The notes: a model not told the origin generated them from the letters alone. A stretch of 64,000 bases of DNA from Eukaryota sp. TZLM1-RC (GCA_040285825.1 JAUPSS010000004.1:3997784-4061783); one strand, 5' to 3'; shown: positions 1 through 11,350, counted from the stretch's first letter. A program made the numbers and translations.

Positions 1-706
1 TTTCCTGCTCTTTCTTTCACTAAACTTCTGAAACCTTCGAGAAATTTAATGCCAGATATTCCAATGTTACCAAAAAGAGAAACAGCAAATGGAACCAGCT
101 GATACTTGACATGCTCAACACGTCCTAGCTGAGATAAGGGTTCATTGTACTGTTTGATTTTGCTCTTTTCAGCAAAGCAAAGTGGAGTTTCATCTTTTTT
201 AGCAAAATCAATTGCTGAGTCTTTACAAACATCAACAGTGACAACATCAACAACTTTAATCACACCATCAGACCCAGTGGTAATTAAATCAGCACGGCGT
301 TTCCCAAAAGTATTTTCATCTTCATTTTGAGATGACAACCTTCGCACAAGTGGCTCAACAAAAGCTTTAGTGTGATGACTTTTGCACATAGCGTATAGTT
401 GGTCTCTAACAGCATCGTGAACCACTGAACTATATGTAATATTAACTTTGCAATTAAATAAATGATTCAGATTGATGAGCTGACCACAACGACAAATCAA
501 ATCATTTGGCACACTACATGGCCGCAGAAAACACCTCATCCTGAAGACAGTTGTCCATTGATGATCATTCAATAATAAACCATATACATTTGGAATCTGG
601 GAAATGAGACAACTTGAGCTACTTTCCTTAAGATCAATTAAAAAGTTTGCAAAAACGGGATTCTTTTCTTTAGCCAAGCTAAGACGAACAGTGAAATCCA
701 AGTTCC
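1..706 (-). mobile_element. CRE-like RLE non-LTR retrotransposon, family A, C-terminal fragment (runs off window start)
   Basis: Minus strand reads ...DLICRCGQLINLNHLFNC...VHDAVRDQLY...KRRADL...DVVTVD...KIKQY...VPFAVSLFG (CCHC knuckle plus restriction-like endonuclease); homologous to 12781-13488. Confidence 0.85.
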
Positions 707-862
707 CTTTTCCACATGGGATCTCAACCATTTTTTCTCCAAAAACACATCACGAACAATTTTGAAAAACCCTTATTTATTTTTTAGAACAAAAGTTAAT
801 GACTAGACCATGTTTTCTAATGGTGATAGTTTCCAAATAACTTTCAAATCCCATCCAAAGGA

Positions 863-1788
863 GTGAGATTGTCTGGAGAAGCCTTGACTGATAAAAGATT
901 TAGAGGGAACTTGATTACTACAAAACGACTCGGAATACATACCCTGCAAGCCAAGATTGAACGGCCAAGACCTCGACAGAAACCTAAAGCTACTGAGTGG
1001 CAGGCACCTGATGATGAAACGGAAATGGTGTTCTGTACCATCGACCCCAACCACTCTAATCTATGTGGTTCCAGCATTGGAACACGTTCAGGACCGACCG
1101 TATCCAATATCTTCTTGGCACCAAAGCAACGAAAAATCAATCACTCCGCTTCACTGACCCACTCATCAATAGATGTTTATGACGTGCAGAAATTAAACCA
1201 TTATCTGCTTGAAATAGCAACTATCGGTGACTATAAGTACTATGAAGGAAATAACGTAAGACGATCATTGCTACAGCAGCAATTATATCTGAGTGCTCGA
1301 AAAGCATTGAGGAGAAACACATTTGACTTCTTTATAAGAAAACAAAAAAAAATTCAGCTCAATTATCAACAAAGTGAAAAAATTTGCAAACGGTCGAGAA
1401 GTAAAGGTGTAGTTTGATAATGGAGGTGGTGGTACATCACGTCAAAAAGTGAAAAACTCCACGCAAGACGTTTCTCAAGTTGTTACAATGTTCATTTGCT
1501 AATGTGAAGATCGGAGATGAATATATGACATCAGCAAAGGTGAACTGCTGCAAGATGCTACACCGAAAGATCTATCGAGAAGTTGAAAGTGAAGTTAAAG
1601 TTCACAACGCCTATTTTAGTTGTCCGGAATGTAATCAAGTTTGGTCTAGAGACATTTCTGCATCACTAAATCAACTAGAAATTGCATTAGTGAGCACTAT
1701 TATGGAAAAAGACCAGAAGCGTTCCAGGGACCACAAAGAACTAGCTTCAAAGCTACGTATTGTTCTAGAGGAGAAATGGGCTCACTGA
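863..1788 (+). pseudogene. Fanzor (eukaryotic TnpB-like RuvC nuclease), family A copy 1, frameshifted
   Basis: RuvC-I 'CTIDPNHSN', RuvC-II/Zn 'GDEYMTSAKVNCC', 'CPECNQVWSRDISASLNQ' (RuvC-III); split over ORFs 863-1417 and 1480-1788. Confidence 0.8.
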
Positions 1789-1900
1789 GATTGGTGGCCA
1801 ATTATTCGAGGATTCTAGAACGTCTGTGGACGATCTCACCAAGAATGAAAGTTCTTGGAATGAGTTTGAATGATGCTTGAAGAAAGTATGCATTTCAAAT
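1787..1900 (+). ncRNA. candidate omegaRNA scaffold of Fanzor family A copy 1
   Basis: Directly after the Fanzor stop: hairpin CCAAGAAT-GAAA-GTTCTTGG (GNRA loop), CGTC-TGTG-GACG and TTTGAA...TTCAAA stems. Confidence 0.5.
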
Positions 1901-1934
1901 AAAAACCACAGACAGCAGTTCATTTTCTGTTTCA

Positions 1935-2264
1935 ATGCGCTTGTTAACTGTATTCTTGGTTACGGTCTTATTAGCTGCACATTGTAATGCCTATAGGCGA
2001 GCTCTTTTTTATTCAAATCATGGATGTGGGCTGAAACGTTGGCCTGCTGCCCAAGAGTTCAAAGACGACCACTTGTCGCTCTATCCAGACCTTTCTTCCT
2101 TTCCCAACACTGTCCATCCCCGCTTTGAATTCTTTGAAGATGGTGTACTGTACAAGGTTGTAGATATTGAAGAGTACACTACGTTAGATGAAATTCTGTC
2201 TTTATTGACAGCAGAAGCCATTTATAAACATAGTGATCCTCGTTATGAGCCACTAGTACAGTAG
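1935..2264 (+). CDS. secreted Sep15/SelM-family thioredoxin-like protein (Cys version)
   Basis: Signal peptide; 'YSNHGCGLKRWPAAQEF...YPDL...HPRFEFFE...DIEEYTTLDEILSLL' parallels the SelM/Sep15 pattern 'CGGUQLNRLPEV..F...Y.NL...P.L...I.L..M..EEI..L'. Confidence 0.6.
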   Translation: MRLLTVFLVTVLLAAHCNAYRRALFYSNHGCGLKRWPAAQEFKDDHLSLYPDLSSFPNTVHPRFEFFEDGVLYKVVDIEEYTTLDEILSLLTAEAIYKHSDPRYEPLVQ

Positions 2265-2346
2265 TAGTGATGTATTTATTAAAAAAGGGTGTCTTTTGTT
2301 TAGCATATTAGTTTCATAGACATTACAAACACAATACCAGAGAAGT

Positions 2347-2698
2347 TTATTGGTCAGGATCACTTGACATTCTACGCAATTCCCATCTGGGGTTAGTTTT
2401 CGAAAACAACATACGGTGAATTATCCAACGGACAAACCTGTCGACTCTTAAGCCAGCGAGAAATACAATGATAGTGGAAGGCGTGATTGCAAGTTCCCCA
2501 AGCGATGGGACAGGATTGTGTTTCAGCTGCGTCAGGATTAGCAGCACATTCTATACAAGGAGCCATGTTATCATTCTTACATATAGCACAATTATCGACG
2601 TTGACATCCCAGCTCCAAAGAGCTACTGCATTCCATTTTTTAATTGTGAAAGGTGGCTGAGTTCTGGCACTTGTTGGCTGTGAGGGTGTAGAAGACAT
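2347..2698 (-). CDS. RBX1: RING-box protein 1 (Rbx1/Roc1); one 28-nt intron at 2387-2414
   Basis: '[21 protein letters not shown]...[27 protein letters not shown]'. Removing GTATGT...CTAACCCCAG restores the conserved Trp (NSPWEL...) and ends at 2347. Confidence 0.95.
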
Positions 2699-2829
2699 TG
2701 GCTAATAGCACAAAAATATAAGTAGCGGTGGTAACTCAAAATATGCATGCTTTTATCCATGCTAAATAAATCTTAAAACTCTAAACATTCTTTACCACAC
2801 TCACACTCACTGGTCGTTGCAGTACCATT

Positions 2830-3330
2830 GGTCTACAATTATCATGAATATGAGAGTACTTAATCCTGTAAGTGTTCAGAGCAATGTTAACATCCATATC
2901 CCAATAGACACCACATTGACTGTTTTGACAAAACAAAATATTTATGGCATGGGACGAGTTTGACGAGTTCGACTTCTTTGATTCTATCTACATGATTCCT
3001 AATAACATCATCACACTGCTTCTTTTTTGCCACTCGTAAATCATTATTTAGTCTCTTTCTTTTTCGATTGAATCTTTTATATGAATTGGGATCTTTCACC
3101 TTTACATCGCACTTGGTATCTCCTGCGATATTATCCTCAACACAAGCAGCACATCTCTTACTGGTACGATACTCGTCTACCAAGTATACTTTTATACCAT
3201 CTTTTCTCAGAATTCTTCTTAGCCCAACACCTCTGATTGTGCTTGCTTTACCTTTTCGGTTTGTCTTGGTGTCCCGATCACCAAAGCCAATTACAATATT
3301 GTCAGCATCGTCAACATCGTCAAAGCAGTA
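2830..3330 (-). pseudogene. 5'-truncated Fanzor remnant upstream of RBX1
   Basis: 'IVIGFGDRDTKTNRKGK...GLRRILRKDGIKVYLVDEYRTSKRCAAC' and, after a frameshift, 'CQNSQCGVYWDMDVNIALN...RP'. Confidence 0.8.
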
Positions 3331-4299
3331 ATCATGAGTATTATTTTTTAGTATTTAGTATTGTTGGTCAAAGCTGACGAGACAACAGGCCGATCAGGAA
3401 TTTGTTAACGAAATTCTTGATTAATTGAATTTAGTTCCATTAGTGCTGATTTTATTAAATGTTGTATTTCAATAAGTCATAAACGAATACTAAAGTTGCA
3501 AATTTTCTCGAATCACATTTGGTGTCGTCAGAGACATGATCCATCAAATTCAAGAAGTTGCTGAAGATTTTCTTTGAAGAAACCAATCCCCTGAATTGTT
3601 ACTTTCAAGAAGTTTAATGGAAAAGTTTGCACAATTGCTGTTGGGGAGTGCAATAAACGGCTTCTTACAAGTTGTCGTTTGACGTATGAACAATATGACA
3701 CAGGCTCATTTTATCAACATTTGTTGCTTCCCCTCAACTTTGTCAATGTAACGACCATTCAATTTCAATTGCGGTGATCTAATTTGGACAAAATTTCTAC
3801 AACAATTCCTTGTAGCAAAGGGGTGGTTCAATTTAGCCCACCGTAGCTCAAACGAAGAACTTTTCTGAAATGTTCTTGTACATGAATTATCCACTCAGTC
3901 CGCTTTATTGGCCTTTTGAAACTTTTAAAATAGGATTTTATTCGTAAATCTTCATCTTTTAAAATTTTGACAAAAACAATCTAGGAGTTAATTTTTTTAT
4001 TTATTTGAACTTATTCTGCTGAAAAACTCCAAAACTTTGAATTTTGATTTCCTCTATTTCATAAAGCCACTATTGCTGTTCAATGATCATCATGCAGCAG
4101 ATCAATAATCCGATTTCTGAACAGTAAACTCAGGAGCAAACTTCTGATTTCAGGAAATGTAGCAACTATTCGAAAGCAGCTCGAGCAATATTGGAAAAAA
4201 AGAATATTTCTTCCTTGTCTCACAGACCTCTGGATTTCTTGTTTAATACCTTTTAAAATGAATCGGTTTCCTGAAATTCGAATTCATCTGGAATTCATC

Positions 4300-4764
4300 A
4301 CCTTTGAGATGGTCCATTAAAGTGAAACCTTTCACTTTTGATCATTTGAAGTTTGCTGCCAAAGTTCTGAACACCATAAAACCTTCACTGACCGGTGTAT
4401 ATAATTGAATTATCTAAAATCTAAAAAGCTTTCCTACAGAATCACGTTCTTCAAGATTGACTCCATTAGTGAAGTCAAACAATGGTGTTTGTAATTGGTG
4501 GAGTAATCTCACGTCTGCTATCTACACTGGTCTTCAATCGTATCAAGAAAAGTGCTACAGAGTTTCTTGGTGTCAATGACAGTTCAATTAGGCATAGGAA
4601 CTGATGATGGAGTGAAAGCTGCTGCTTTAAGTGTTGGTTTATTTATGAATTTATCAAGGGAAATTGTTGCTGTTGTCTGTGATTTCAAAAATGCCTATAA
4701 TTCAGTGAAATGCGGTGCTATTGTTGAAGCACTTCAACATTCCCCTGTGATGCTGTGTCTTTAG
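4300..4764 (+). pseudogene. degenerate CRE-like reverse transcriptase fragment
   Basis: 'SSRLTPLVKSNNG', 'SRLLSTLVFNRI', 'QLGIGTDDG', 'DFKNAYNSV' match RT motifs of the copy at 48951-49955. Confidence 0.65.
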
Positions 4765-5319
4765 GTGGAATCAAGAACTTACTGTATGAACTTGCTTTAA
4801 GGTTTCCACATCAATACATATTTCAGAAAAGTAAGGAGTTAAAAGAGATTTTTGACTGTATGAAGCTGTCAGCCAGCTCCGGTGAGGAGGTCCACTCGAA
4901 AGTTAAAACCATTCTGCGCTGCTCATCCCCACACTTATATAGTTCATCATTAGGTTTTTGATGTGTTTCTAAACAAACGAATTGCATTGGTCTTGTTGTT
5001 GTAAATATTTGTTCATAATTTATGTTGAAAGAATACAATGTTTTAAGCACAACATTGTAAAAGTTGATTTATGTCAATATTACAATATATGGGAAAAATT
5101 GTTCTATTAAAACAAAAACGAAGCTCCTTTTGAAATGAAAAAATTGGTGAAGTGAAAGGTTAAAGTGAAATACCTGATCAGGAGTTTAAATGTGTTTAAA
5201 TATCCTACAAATTATTTGGAATTTTGTGATTAGAAAAGAAATGATTCGTTCTGTAGTGTTATATATAGAAAATTTATAAGAATAAAATAAATTAAGATGA
5301 CACGTACCTACCACAGAAA

Positions 5320-8300
5320 TCAAGCGCTTCTACGCTTAATTTTCGGCTTGAGCTGTTTAACGAACGGATTAATCATTGGCTCCGACTGAAAACCTTCATT
5401 ATTGGAAAGAGCCATCATTAATTGCTGAGTTATGATTCGGTTCGCTGGCTTGGCTTTCTCCTGTCCAACAAGTTCAACGGAACTGCTTCCATGACAGAAA
5501 GGTTCAATAGAAGGAGGGGTTGACAGATTTAGTAAGAATCGAACGTCGATCCTTGATCCACAACAAGAGCTTAATTGGTCATTGAGAGTGCTACAACCCA
5601 AATGAACTTGGAACCAAGCTACTTCTACTTCAACACGATCCATTTCTCCCAGAGGAACAGCTCTGGAAAGCACTTCATCAAGTTCTACATCTTCATTTAC
5701 ATCACCCATTGAAGCCAGTTCTTTGGTAGAATAGTCAACATCGCAAAGTTCCTTATCCAACTGCTTAATAGCAACAACTACACCATGGGTCCCGAAAGGA
5801 ACAACACCAGAAGGCTCAATGCAGACGACCCTATCACCAATATGAGGGTAATAATGACAAAGTTTAACATTACCTAATCGATGAAACAAGACATTGTTTA
5901 CCTCCAATTCAAAATGCACCTTGTTTGTGACATTAAGCCCACAAACAGTCTGCCCTTGGTCTGACACAAAAGGATTTGCTACTTCCGAAATGCTGTGATA
6001 TTGAACACTATACAAGTGGTTCATGAAATTTTCAATTTTGGAAACCGTATCTCTATCAACAACATCTATATATCGTGGAATTAATTTGTGATGTTCAGGA
6101 TGAATATTGCTGACGAGCCATGGTTCAATAACTTTAAGTCTTTCTTTGGCATTTTTTTTGTTTTTAAAAACTGATTGACAGGGAATGGAAGTGTTGAAAC
6201 CTTTGGAGCTGCCGAGATAAGCAAAAAGTTCTGGAAAAACAACCTTGTAACTCTTAATTAATTCTAAGCACTTTGATGTGAATAGCCAAAAAATACGATT
6301 GTCTCTTTCTATAAAAGCACAAAATTCAGGATTCCTGGCTCCGGTAAAATGATGTCGTACATTGAGTCCAACTTTTAAACCATTGTCTAAGACCAAACGA
6401 CCAGTGATTCTATTGAAACAATCATTTGAACATTTGATTAATTTAGCTGCATCGTAAATAGAGAACATCCTCGACGGAAACTTCTTTCGAATCACCCGTA
6501 ACAAATTAAAGTGCTGAGGAATAAATTCTTTAATAAATTTACCATCTTTTTTTGGAACCATGGGAGGCAAGTGCGCATTGACATAGAAACGATTACCTTG
6601 AACAGACTTCAATGACACCAATTGACCAAAAGAAAAGCCTTGAGCCAAGGAGAGGCCAAATTCTCCGGGTGCCAGATCATTCACACTTCTCATGTCAATT
6701 CGGTGGTACAATGGTCGTAAAAACAAAGAAGAATCCACATGGCAATAAGAAGTGGGAAGAGAGGTGACCACCGTGCTCCAAATATTAGGCAAAACCCTCC
6801 TATCAAAAACATAGTTACTAGACACTTCGCTAGAAGGGGCGCTACTTTTACATCTTCTTGTCAAAATAAATACTTTTGGAGTATCAGATTCGATATTGAT
6901 ACCCCACCTTTTGAATAATAAAGACGTCATTGATTCCCAATTGTCCAAAAACTGAGAACTATCAGTTTTTTCGGCTTTAAGAATATTGTTTTCTAAATAA
7001 ATAGACAACGAAACATCAACGACTTTTTCAACTAAAGCAGGTCGGATATGGGGCCATCCAACAAAAACAATTTTACCAATCAAGTGACTGAAATCATTTG
7101 CCGAAAGTAATTCCCCTTTTCCGATAGCAAAAGGAAAGGATGTGTTGGAATTGATGGTCAGCATTAGAGAAGGCTTTTTTGAAGCAAATTTGAACACAGT
7201 AATTGAACCAGTCTGACTTGAAGAAGGGGTAAAGCCAATTTCAGAGTCATAAATGGTAGGAAACAAAGCATGAAGGGTGGATTGGGGGTTAATTTCCGGA
7301 GCGAATCGGCAACCAGTTAAAAACCTTCCATCAGTCTTGATGATTCCAGAGTTTTCTACAGGATTCTCTGGGAATTGGGGATGTGCATAAGGAACAATTG
7401 CAGTACTCCTGTTCTTAAAGGTAAATAACCAGCTGTCTGACCCTAATGGAGGGGCAACTTCCGATCCGAGTGCAATCTGCGAAACTTCTGATTGGTTGAT
7501 AGGTTGCCGAGCACTGATCAACAAGGGACTGCCTATTTGATTACGTCTTTGCAATTCTTCTGAAAGTCGTTCTTGGTTAACAGAGTTTAGGGCTCCAACA
7601 AGTACTTCGTTGCTAATGAATGGAATGATGACGATTCCTTCCCAAGGGTTTCTTTTTCCATTCATATCAATTTCAAATTCTTCTGGGTAATAGTCTTCCA
7701 ATAACCCACCAGATTCAATTAATTCCAAATAAGGTTGGGGTAATAAATGACCAGACTTTCTTGGTAAAACAGCCACTAATTGTTCTAATGGTTTAAATGG
7801 TTCATTAGACTCAAACGTATAGTCAAAGTCAAAATCCTGTAAATAGTCTGGCAAATCAGACAACAAAGGTGCATAATGATATGGATAGAACCATTTCCAA
7901 TCTATAACGCCTGCGTAATAATAGCCTAAAATCCAAACCAAAGCTGCGCAATAATGCCTAACAACATTGGGCACCACATTCTCAAACTCGGATACTGAAG
8001 ATAGGCCGAATTTGTCAATGTAATAGGCAAATCTATATGAATTATCATCTTTAGAAAGTGCCGCCAGAAAGTTCTTACTTCCAAATTTCCTTTCAACGGT
8101 CTTCCAATCAGATTGATTTGATGCATGATCGGTTTCCTTTGTAGTTGGGTAAATCAAATCATCAGAAGAATCACTTTCGCCATCATCAGGATCAAGCTCA
8201 CTTTCCGAAATGGGATCAACAATTACAGTTTCCTCTCTCGACACTTTTAGTTGATTAATTAGACTGCTGACATCATCAGAAATAGTAGAGTAATCTTCCC

Positions 8301-9390
8301 CGACCTTAGTAACAGTCTTTCTAAAAACTTTTTCCATTTCTACTCGATCAAGTAGGACCTTCTTTTCGAATTCCACTAAATTTCTAAACAAAACTACAAC
8401 TCGACCCCAATTAATCTCGCCGGCATAATGAAGGTAACCATCCAAAAGAGGTAAGACTTTGGCGTAAGTTGTGAGAATTAGATCCAAGGAATTTTCAGCT
8501 ATATCGAGTGTGGGAAGAGATGGAACAAAATCATTACCAACCAACATGCAAAGAAAGACAAAGTCATCAATGATACTTTCCAAATTAAATTCAAAAGAGA
8601 TGAAAGGGGTTACTGTTTCAAACTCCGCCTTTAAATAATCTCGAACCAACGAAATATGTAGAAACTGCAGCTTGGGGTTAAATGAGTCCACATTAGCAGG
8701 TTTCGGGCCAAATACAACTTCTTCTCGAAGTATAGTAAAGTTTGGCTCATGGGTTACTAGGGCTAAGAAAATTAAGTCAGCATCGAGACCGTAAATGCAA
8801 TGACGCTGGTCATGAGAGTAGTTAGGTTGGGCCTTCATTCTTCTGATGTAATCCATAATCTTGTGCTCGCCTTCACCAGGAACTTCACAACCGGAAAGTA
8901 TCACGTCAACTGATTTCCAATCACTATCAGAGTTAGTCTTGTTAACTAGGAAGTAGTACAAATGTTGGTAAAGGCGATCCATAAAATCAGTACCAGGTGT
9001 GATAGCATTGGTGTCAAATAAGTCATCAGGCACAGACTCTCCATTGTTGATCTTGATTTCACGAGCCTCTGCAGCATCTTTGGCAGAGCGGAACCTTCGA
9101 GACCGTTGTTGGTTCATCTTGGCCCGAGGAGCAACACCGTCTATGGCTACATAGACTACCTTGCGAGGTTTGGTTGCTTTGAACAAAAGTTCAATATAAG
9201 CAAAGATGTTGAGGAACATATCACGTTCGGACAAGGGAACAAGCTCGTCCCCGGGATGTGTACAAGAATGTATGACCCCATTGAAGTCTAGAAAGAGATT
9301 GTCAAATTCAGCACCTTCATCAAGAGAGACGGGGGTCAATATAAGGGGATATCGTTCACAAATGAACCTAAAAAACTTAGGAACACCCAT
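5320..9390 (-). CDS. XRN1: 5'-3' exoribonuclease 1
   Basis: 'MGVPKFFR', 'DGVAPRAKMNQQRSRRF', 'PGEGEHKIM', 'GLDADL', 'GNDF', 'YPYHYAP', plus the long XRN1-type C-terminal extension (1356 aa). Confidence 0.95.
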   Translation of the reverse strand: MGVPKFFRFICERYPLILTPVSLDEGAEFDNLFLDFNGVIHSCTHPGDELVPLSERDMFLNIFAYIELLFKATKPRKVVYVAIDGVAPRAKMNQQRSRRFRSAKDAAEAREIKINNGESVPDDLFDTNAITPGTDFMDRLYQHLYYFLVNKTNSDSDWKSVDVILSGCEVPGEGEHKIMDYIRRMKAQPNYSHDQRHCIYGLDADLIFLALVTHEPNFTILREEVVFGPKPANVDSFNPKLQFLHISLVRDYLKAEFETVTPFISFEFNLESIIDDFVFLCMLVGNDFVPSLPTLDIAENSLDLILTTYAKVLPLLDGYLHYAGEINWGRVVVLFRNLVEFEKKVLLDRVEMEKVFRKTVTKVGEDYSTISDDVSSLINQLKVSREETVIVDPISESELDPDDGESDSSDDLIYPTTKETDHASNQSDWKTVERKFGSKNFLAALSKDDNSYRFAYYIDKFGLSSVSEFENVVPNVVRHYCAALVWILGYYYAGVIDWKWFYPYHYAPLLSDLPDYLQDFDFDYTFESNEPFKPLEQLVAVLPRKSGHLLPQPYLELIESGGLLEDYYPEEFEIDMNGKRNPWEGIVIIPFISNEVLVGALNSVNQERLSEELQRRNQIGSPLLISARQPINQSEVSQIALGSEVAPPLGSDSWLFTFKNRSTAIVPYAHPQFPENPVENSGIIKTDGRFLTGCRFAPEINPQSTLHALFPTIYDSEIGFTPSSSQTGSITVFKFASKKPSLMLTINSNTSFPFAIGKGELLSANDFSHLIGKIVFVGWPHIRPALVEKVVDVSLSIYLENNILKAEKTDSSQFLDNWESMTSLLFKRWGINIESDTPKVFILTRRCKSSAPSSEVSSNYVFDRRVLPNIWSTVVTSLPTSYCHVDSSLFLRPLYHRIDMRSVNDLAPGEFGLSLAQGFSFGQLVSLKSVQGNRFYVNAHLPPMVPKKDGKFIKEFIPQHFNLLRVIRKKFPSRMFSIYDAAKLIKCSNDCFNRITGRLVLDNGLKVGLNVRHHFTGARNPEFCAFIERDNRIFWLFTSKCLELIKSYKVVFPELFAYLGSSKGFNTSIPCQSVFKNKKNAKERLKVIEPWLVSNIHPEHHKLIPRYIDVVDRDTVSKIENFMNHLYSVQYHSISEVANPFVSDQGQTVCGLNVTNKVHFELEVNNVLFHRLGNVKLCHYYPHIGDRVVCIEPSGVVPFGTHGVVVAIKQLDKELCDVDYSTKELASMGDVNEDVELDEVLSRAVPLGEMDRVEVEVAWFQVHLGCSTLNDQLSSCCGSRIDVRFLLNLSTPPSIEPFCHGSSSVELVGQEKAKPANRIITQQLMMALSNNEGFQSEPMINPFVKQLKPKIKRRSA

Positions 9391-9489
9391 TCGTTACAGA
9401 TATTGTGTATAACAATGGAATAAGTGTCCTTTTTACACCAATGTAGAGGGACTGAGTTTTTGAGAAGTGAAAGATTTTCTCCTTGATAT
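9391..9489 (-). repeat. Fanzor right-end / candidate omegaRNA scaffold (motif 1) ending at XRN1 ATG
   Basis: About 88/99 identical by hand alignment to 15730-15827; also homologous to 18859-18929 and 56118-56153. Confidence 0.8.
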
Positions 9490-10980
9490 ATTCTTTTGAA
9501 CCTTCATCAACCTTGGCTCTCTGTCGGCGTACCGGTCTATCTCCACCTTTTACATGTGCTTTTATCACTGCCAACATATTCAGCGAAGCATTTCGATCTC
9601 TATTTCACAAACTTTCGCATGATTTACACATGGTAAGCCCGTAACGAATAGACATCTCATGTCTCTTCCATGGCCTAGGATTTTTGCATTATCGGAATCT
9701 TTCAACTTTTTTCTCCGCTTTCTTACAGTTGAAACAACAGCAACTGGTTCGAAGCTCATCAATTAAAAAGACCTTAAAACCAGCCTTTTTAAATAGAATT
9801 CTGAACCCTTTTCCTTTGGTAGGTTCTTTGATTTTCATGTGTTTTCGTTGTTCCTCGTCTCCGACTCCAATAACTACTTGACCTGGATCACCAATTACTG
9901 ATTTGAATCTCTGAATCATCTTCGCCTCAGATCTTGTGCGATTAATCTCAGCCCACCATCTTAGTTTCCTAAATATTTTTTGATGATAGACCTCACCAAC
10001 ATTACTATTCACAAAATTCTTTTGTTTAATATAGGCCATAAATCTATCAAACCTGCAGCGTTTGGAATTGAATTGGGATAAAGTTGCTTCCCGTTCTACT
10101 ACAGGTTTAGTTGTGTGATCATTATTTCTCAAATTCAATGCGTAATCAATTTCTTGGGGAATATTGATTTCTTGAGGTACTTTTCTTCTTAATAAACTAA
10201 TTGTTCTTTCAGTCATTTGATTAATTATACTGCTGTTTAAATCCATCCTTTGTTGTTTCTCTTCAGATGGTTCATAATTGGATAGATCAATCACTCTACC
10301 AGTAGAGTTACTTATTGTGATAAGAGTGTCATTCCGTATGCTGTCTCTTATTTTTTTGAATTTGGAACTTTTCGACTCAAATCTTCGTTGATTTTGAGTG
10401 TACCTGAAATGAACATATTTATCTCTCTGTGGTTTTTTGAATGAGTCATTCCAGTAGCTAAATTGGCAGAGAAATAGAGTAGATCAGATTTCCCTGGATC
10501 AGTAGCTGCAAGGGTCCTATCTTGGAATTCAGAAGGATTAACGCTGAGGTCATCAATATATTGTTCTTTATCTTTCAATTCTTTTGCAGTTTCTTTGTAT
10601 TCTTTTTGTTTTTCATTCATCCGACTGGCATAATTATGGTAATTTATTAGCACACTGTATTGTGCCAGTAACACCGACTGGCCGTTTAGCAATTGATTGT
10701 GTTAGAAGCATCCATTCTTAAACTATTGAAGAGGGTAGTGGGAATGATCATTTTGGAAAAAATTTTCATTGCTCCCTCTGTTTGAATATTCAGTAATCTT
10801 TGCCTATTTACAAGTACAAATGGTGAAGTTGTTCATAATCGATGGTTCTGAATAAAAGCTCAGTTACGCACTTCAAGATTCTCCGTCTGTCAGGACATGG
10901 CTTTTGATGCAACTTGCTGTATTCTTATAGTTAAAAACAGGTAATGAGAAAACGAACTTTGGACAATGTTCCCCGTATGC
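9391..10980 (-). mobile_element. Fanzor element remnant whose right end abuts the XRN1 start codon (left boundary approximate)
   Basis: 'TDPGKSDLLY', 'VIGVGD...KEPTKGKGFRILFKKAGFKVFLIDELRTSCCC', 'CESL*NRDRNASLNM...RP'; several frameshifts. Confidence 0.85.
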
Positions 10981-11350
10981 AAAAATCAAAAAAACATTGT
11001 TAAGATGTTACTGAATTAGATACAGAACCAACACAAATGATTTATATCAATAATGAGAAATTGAAGCATAAAACATTCATAGACTTTGTAAACTGTCAAA
11101 GTAAGAAAAATGTGTGACCAAAAAGAATAAAATATTCACTGAGAATATTGGAAGGAACTGTTTGCCTTGTATAGTTTTATACTTTTAGTTTATATTATGA
11201 GCCTACATTAATGTACCACTGAACGTACCATAAATTGATTTACTTTACTTGAATGCACCACATTACCAATATATCACAGATTTTAATAACGTAACACCCT
11301 TCAACTCACTTCTTTGATTTTCCTTCGTTTCATTTTCTGCGTCAATTTGC

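Noticed and set aside
3540-3700. Possible second RT remnant ('GKVCTIAVGECNKRLLTS')
   Set aside because: Only one degenerate motif; too short to list as a feature.
9391-9420. Shared pre-ATG sequences as relic trans-spliced leaders or a generic Kozak/initiator motif
   Set aside because: Homology extends ~100 nt, is continuous with Fanzor ORF tails in two cases, comes in at least two unrelated types and is absent from most genes.
9600-9610. Stop-codon reassignment (TGA at a conserved Trp in 'WNRD'; in-frame stops at 39205 and 48951)
   Set aside because: Host genes end normally on TGA (XRN1), TAG and TAA; the in-frame stops occur in elements that also carry frameshifts or truncations.
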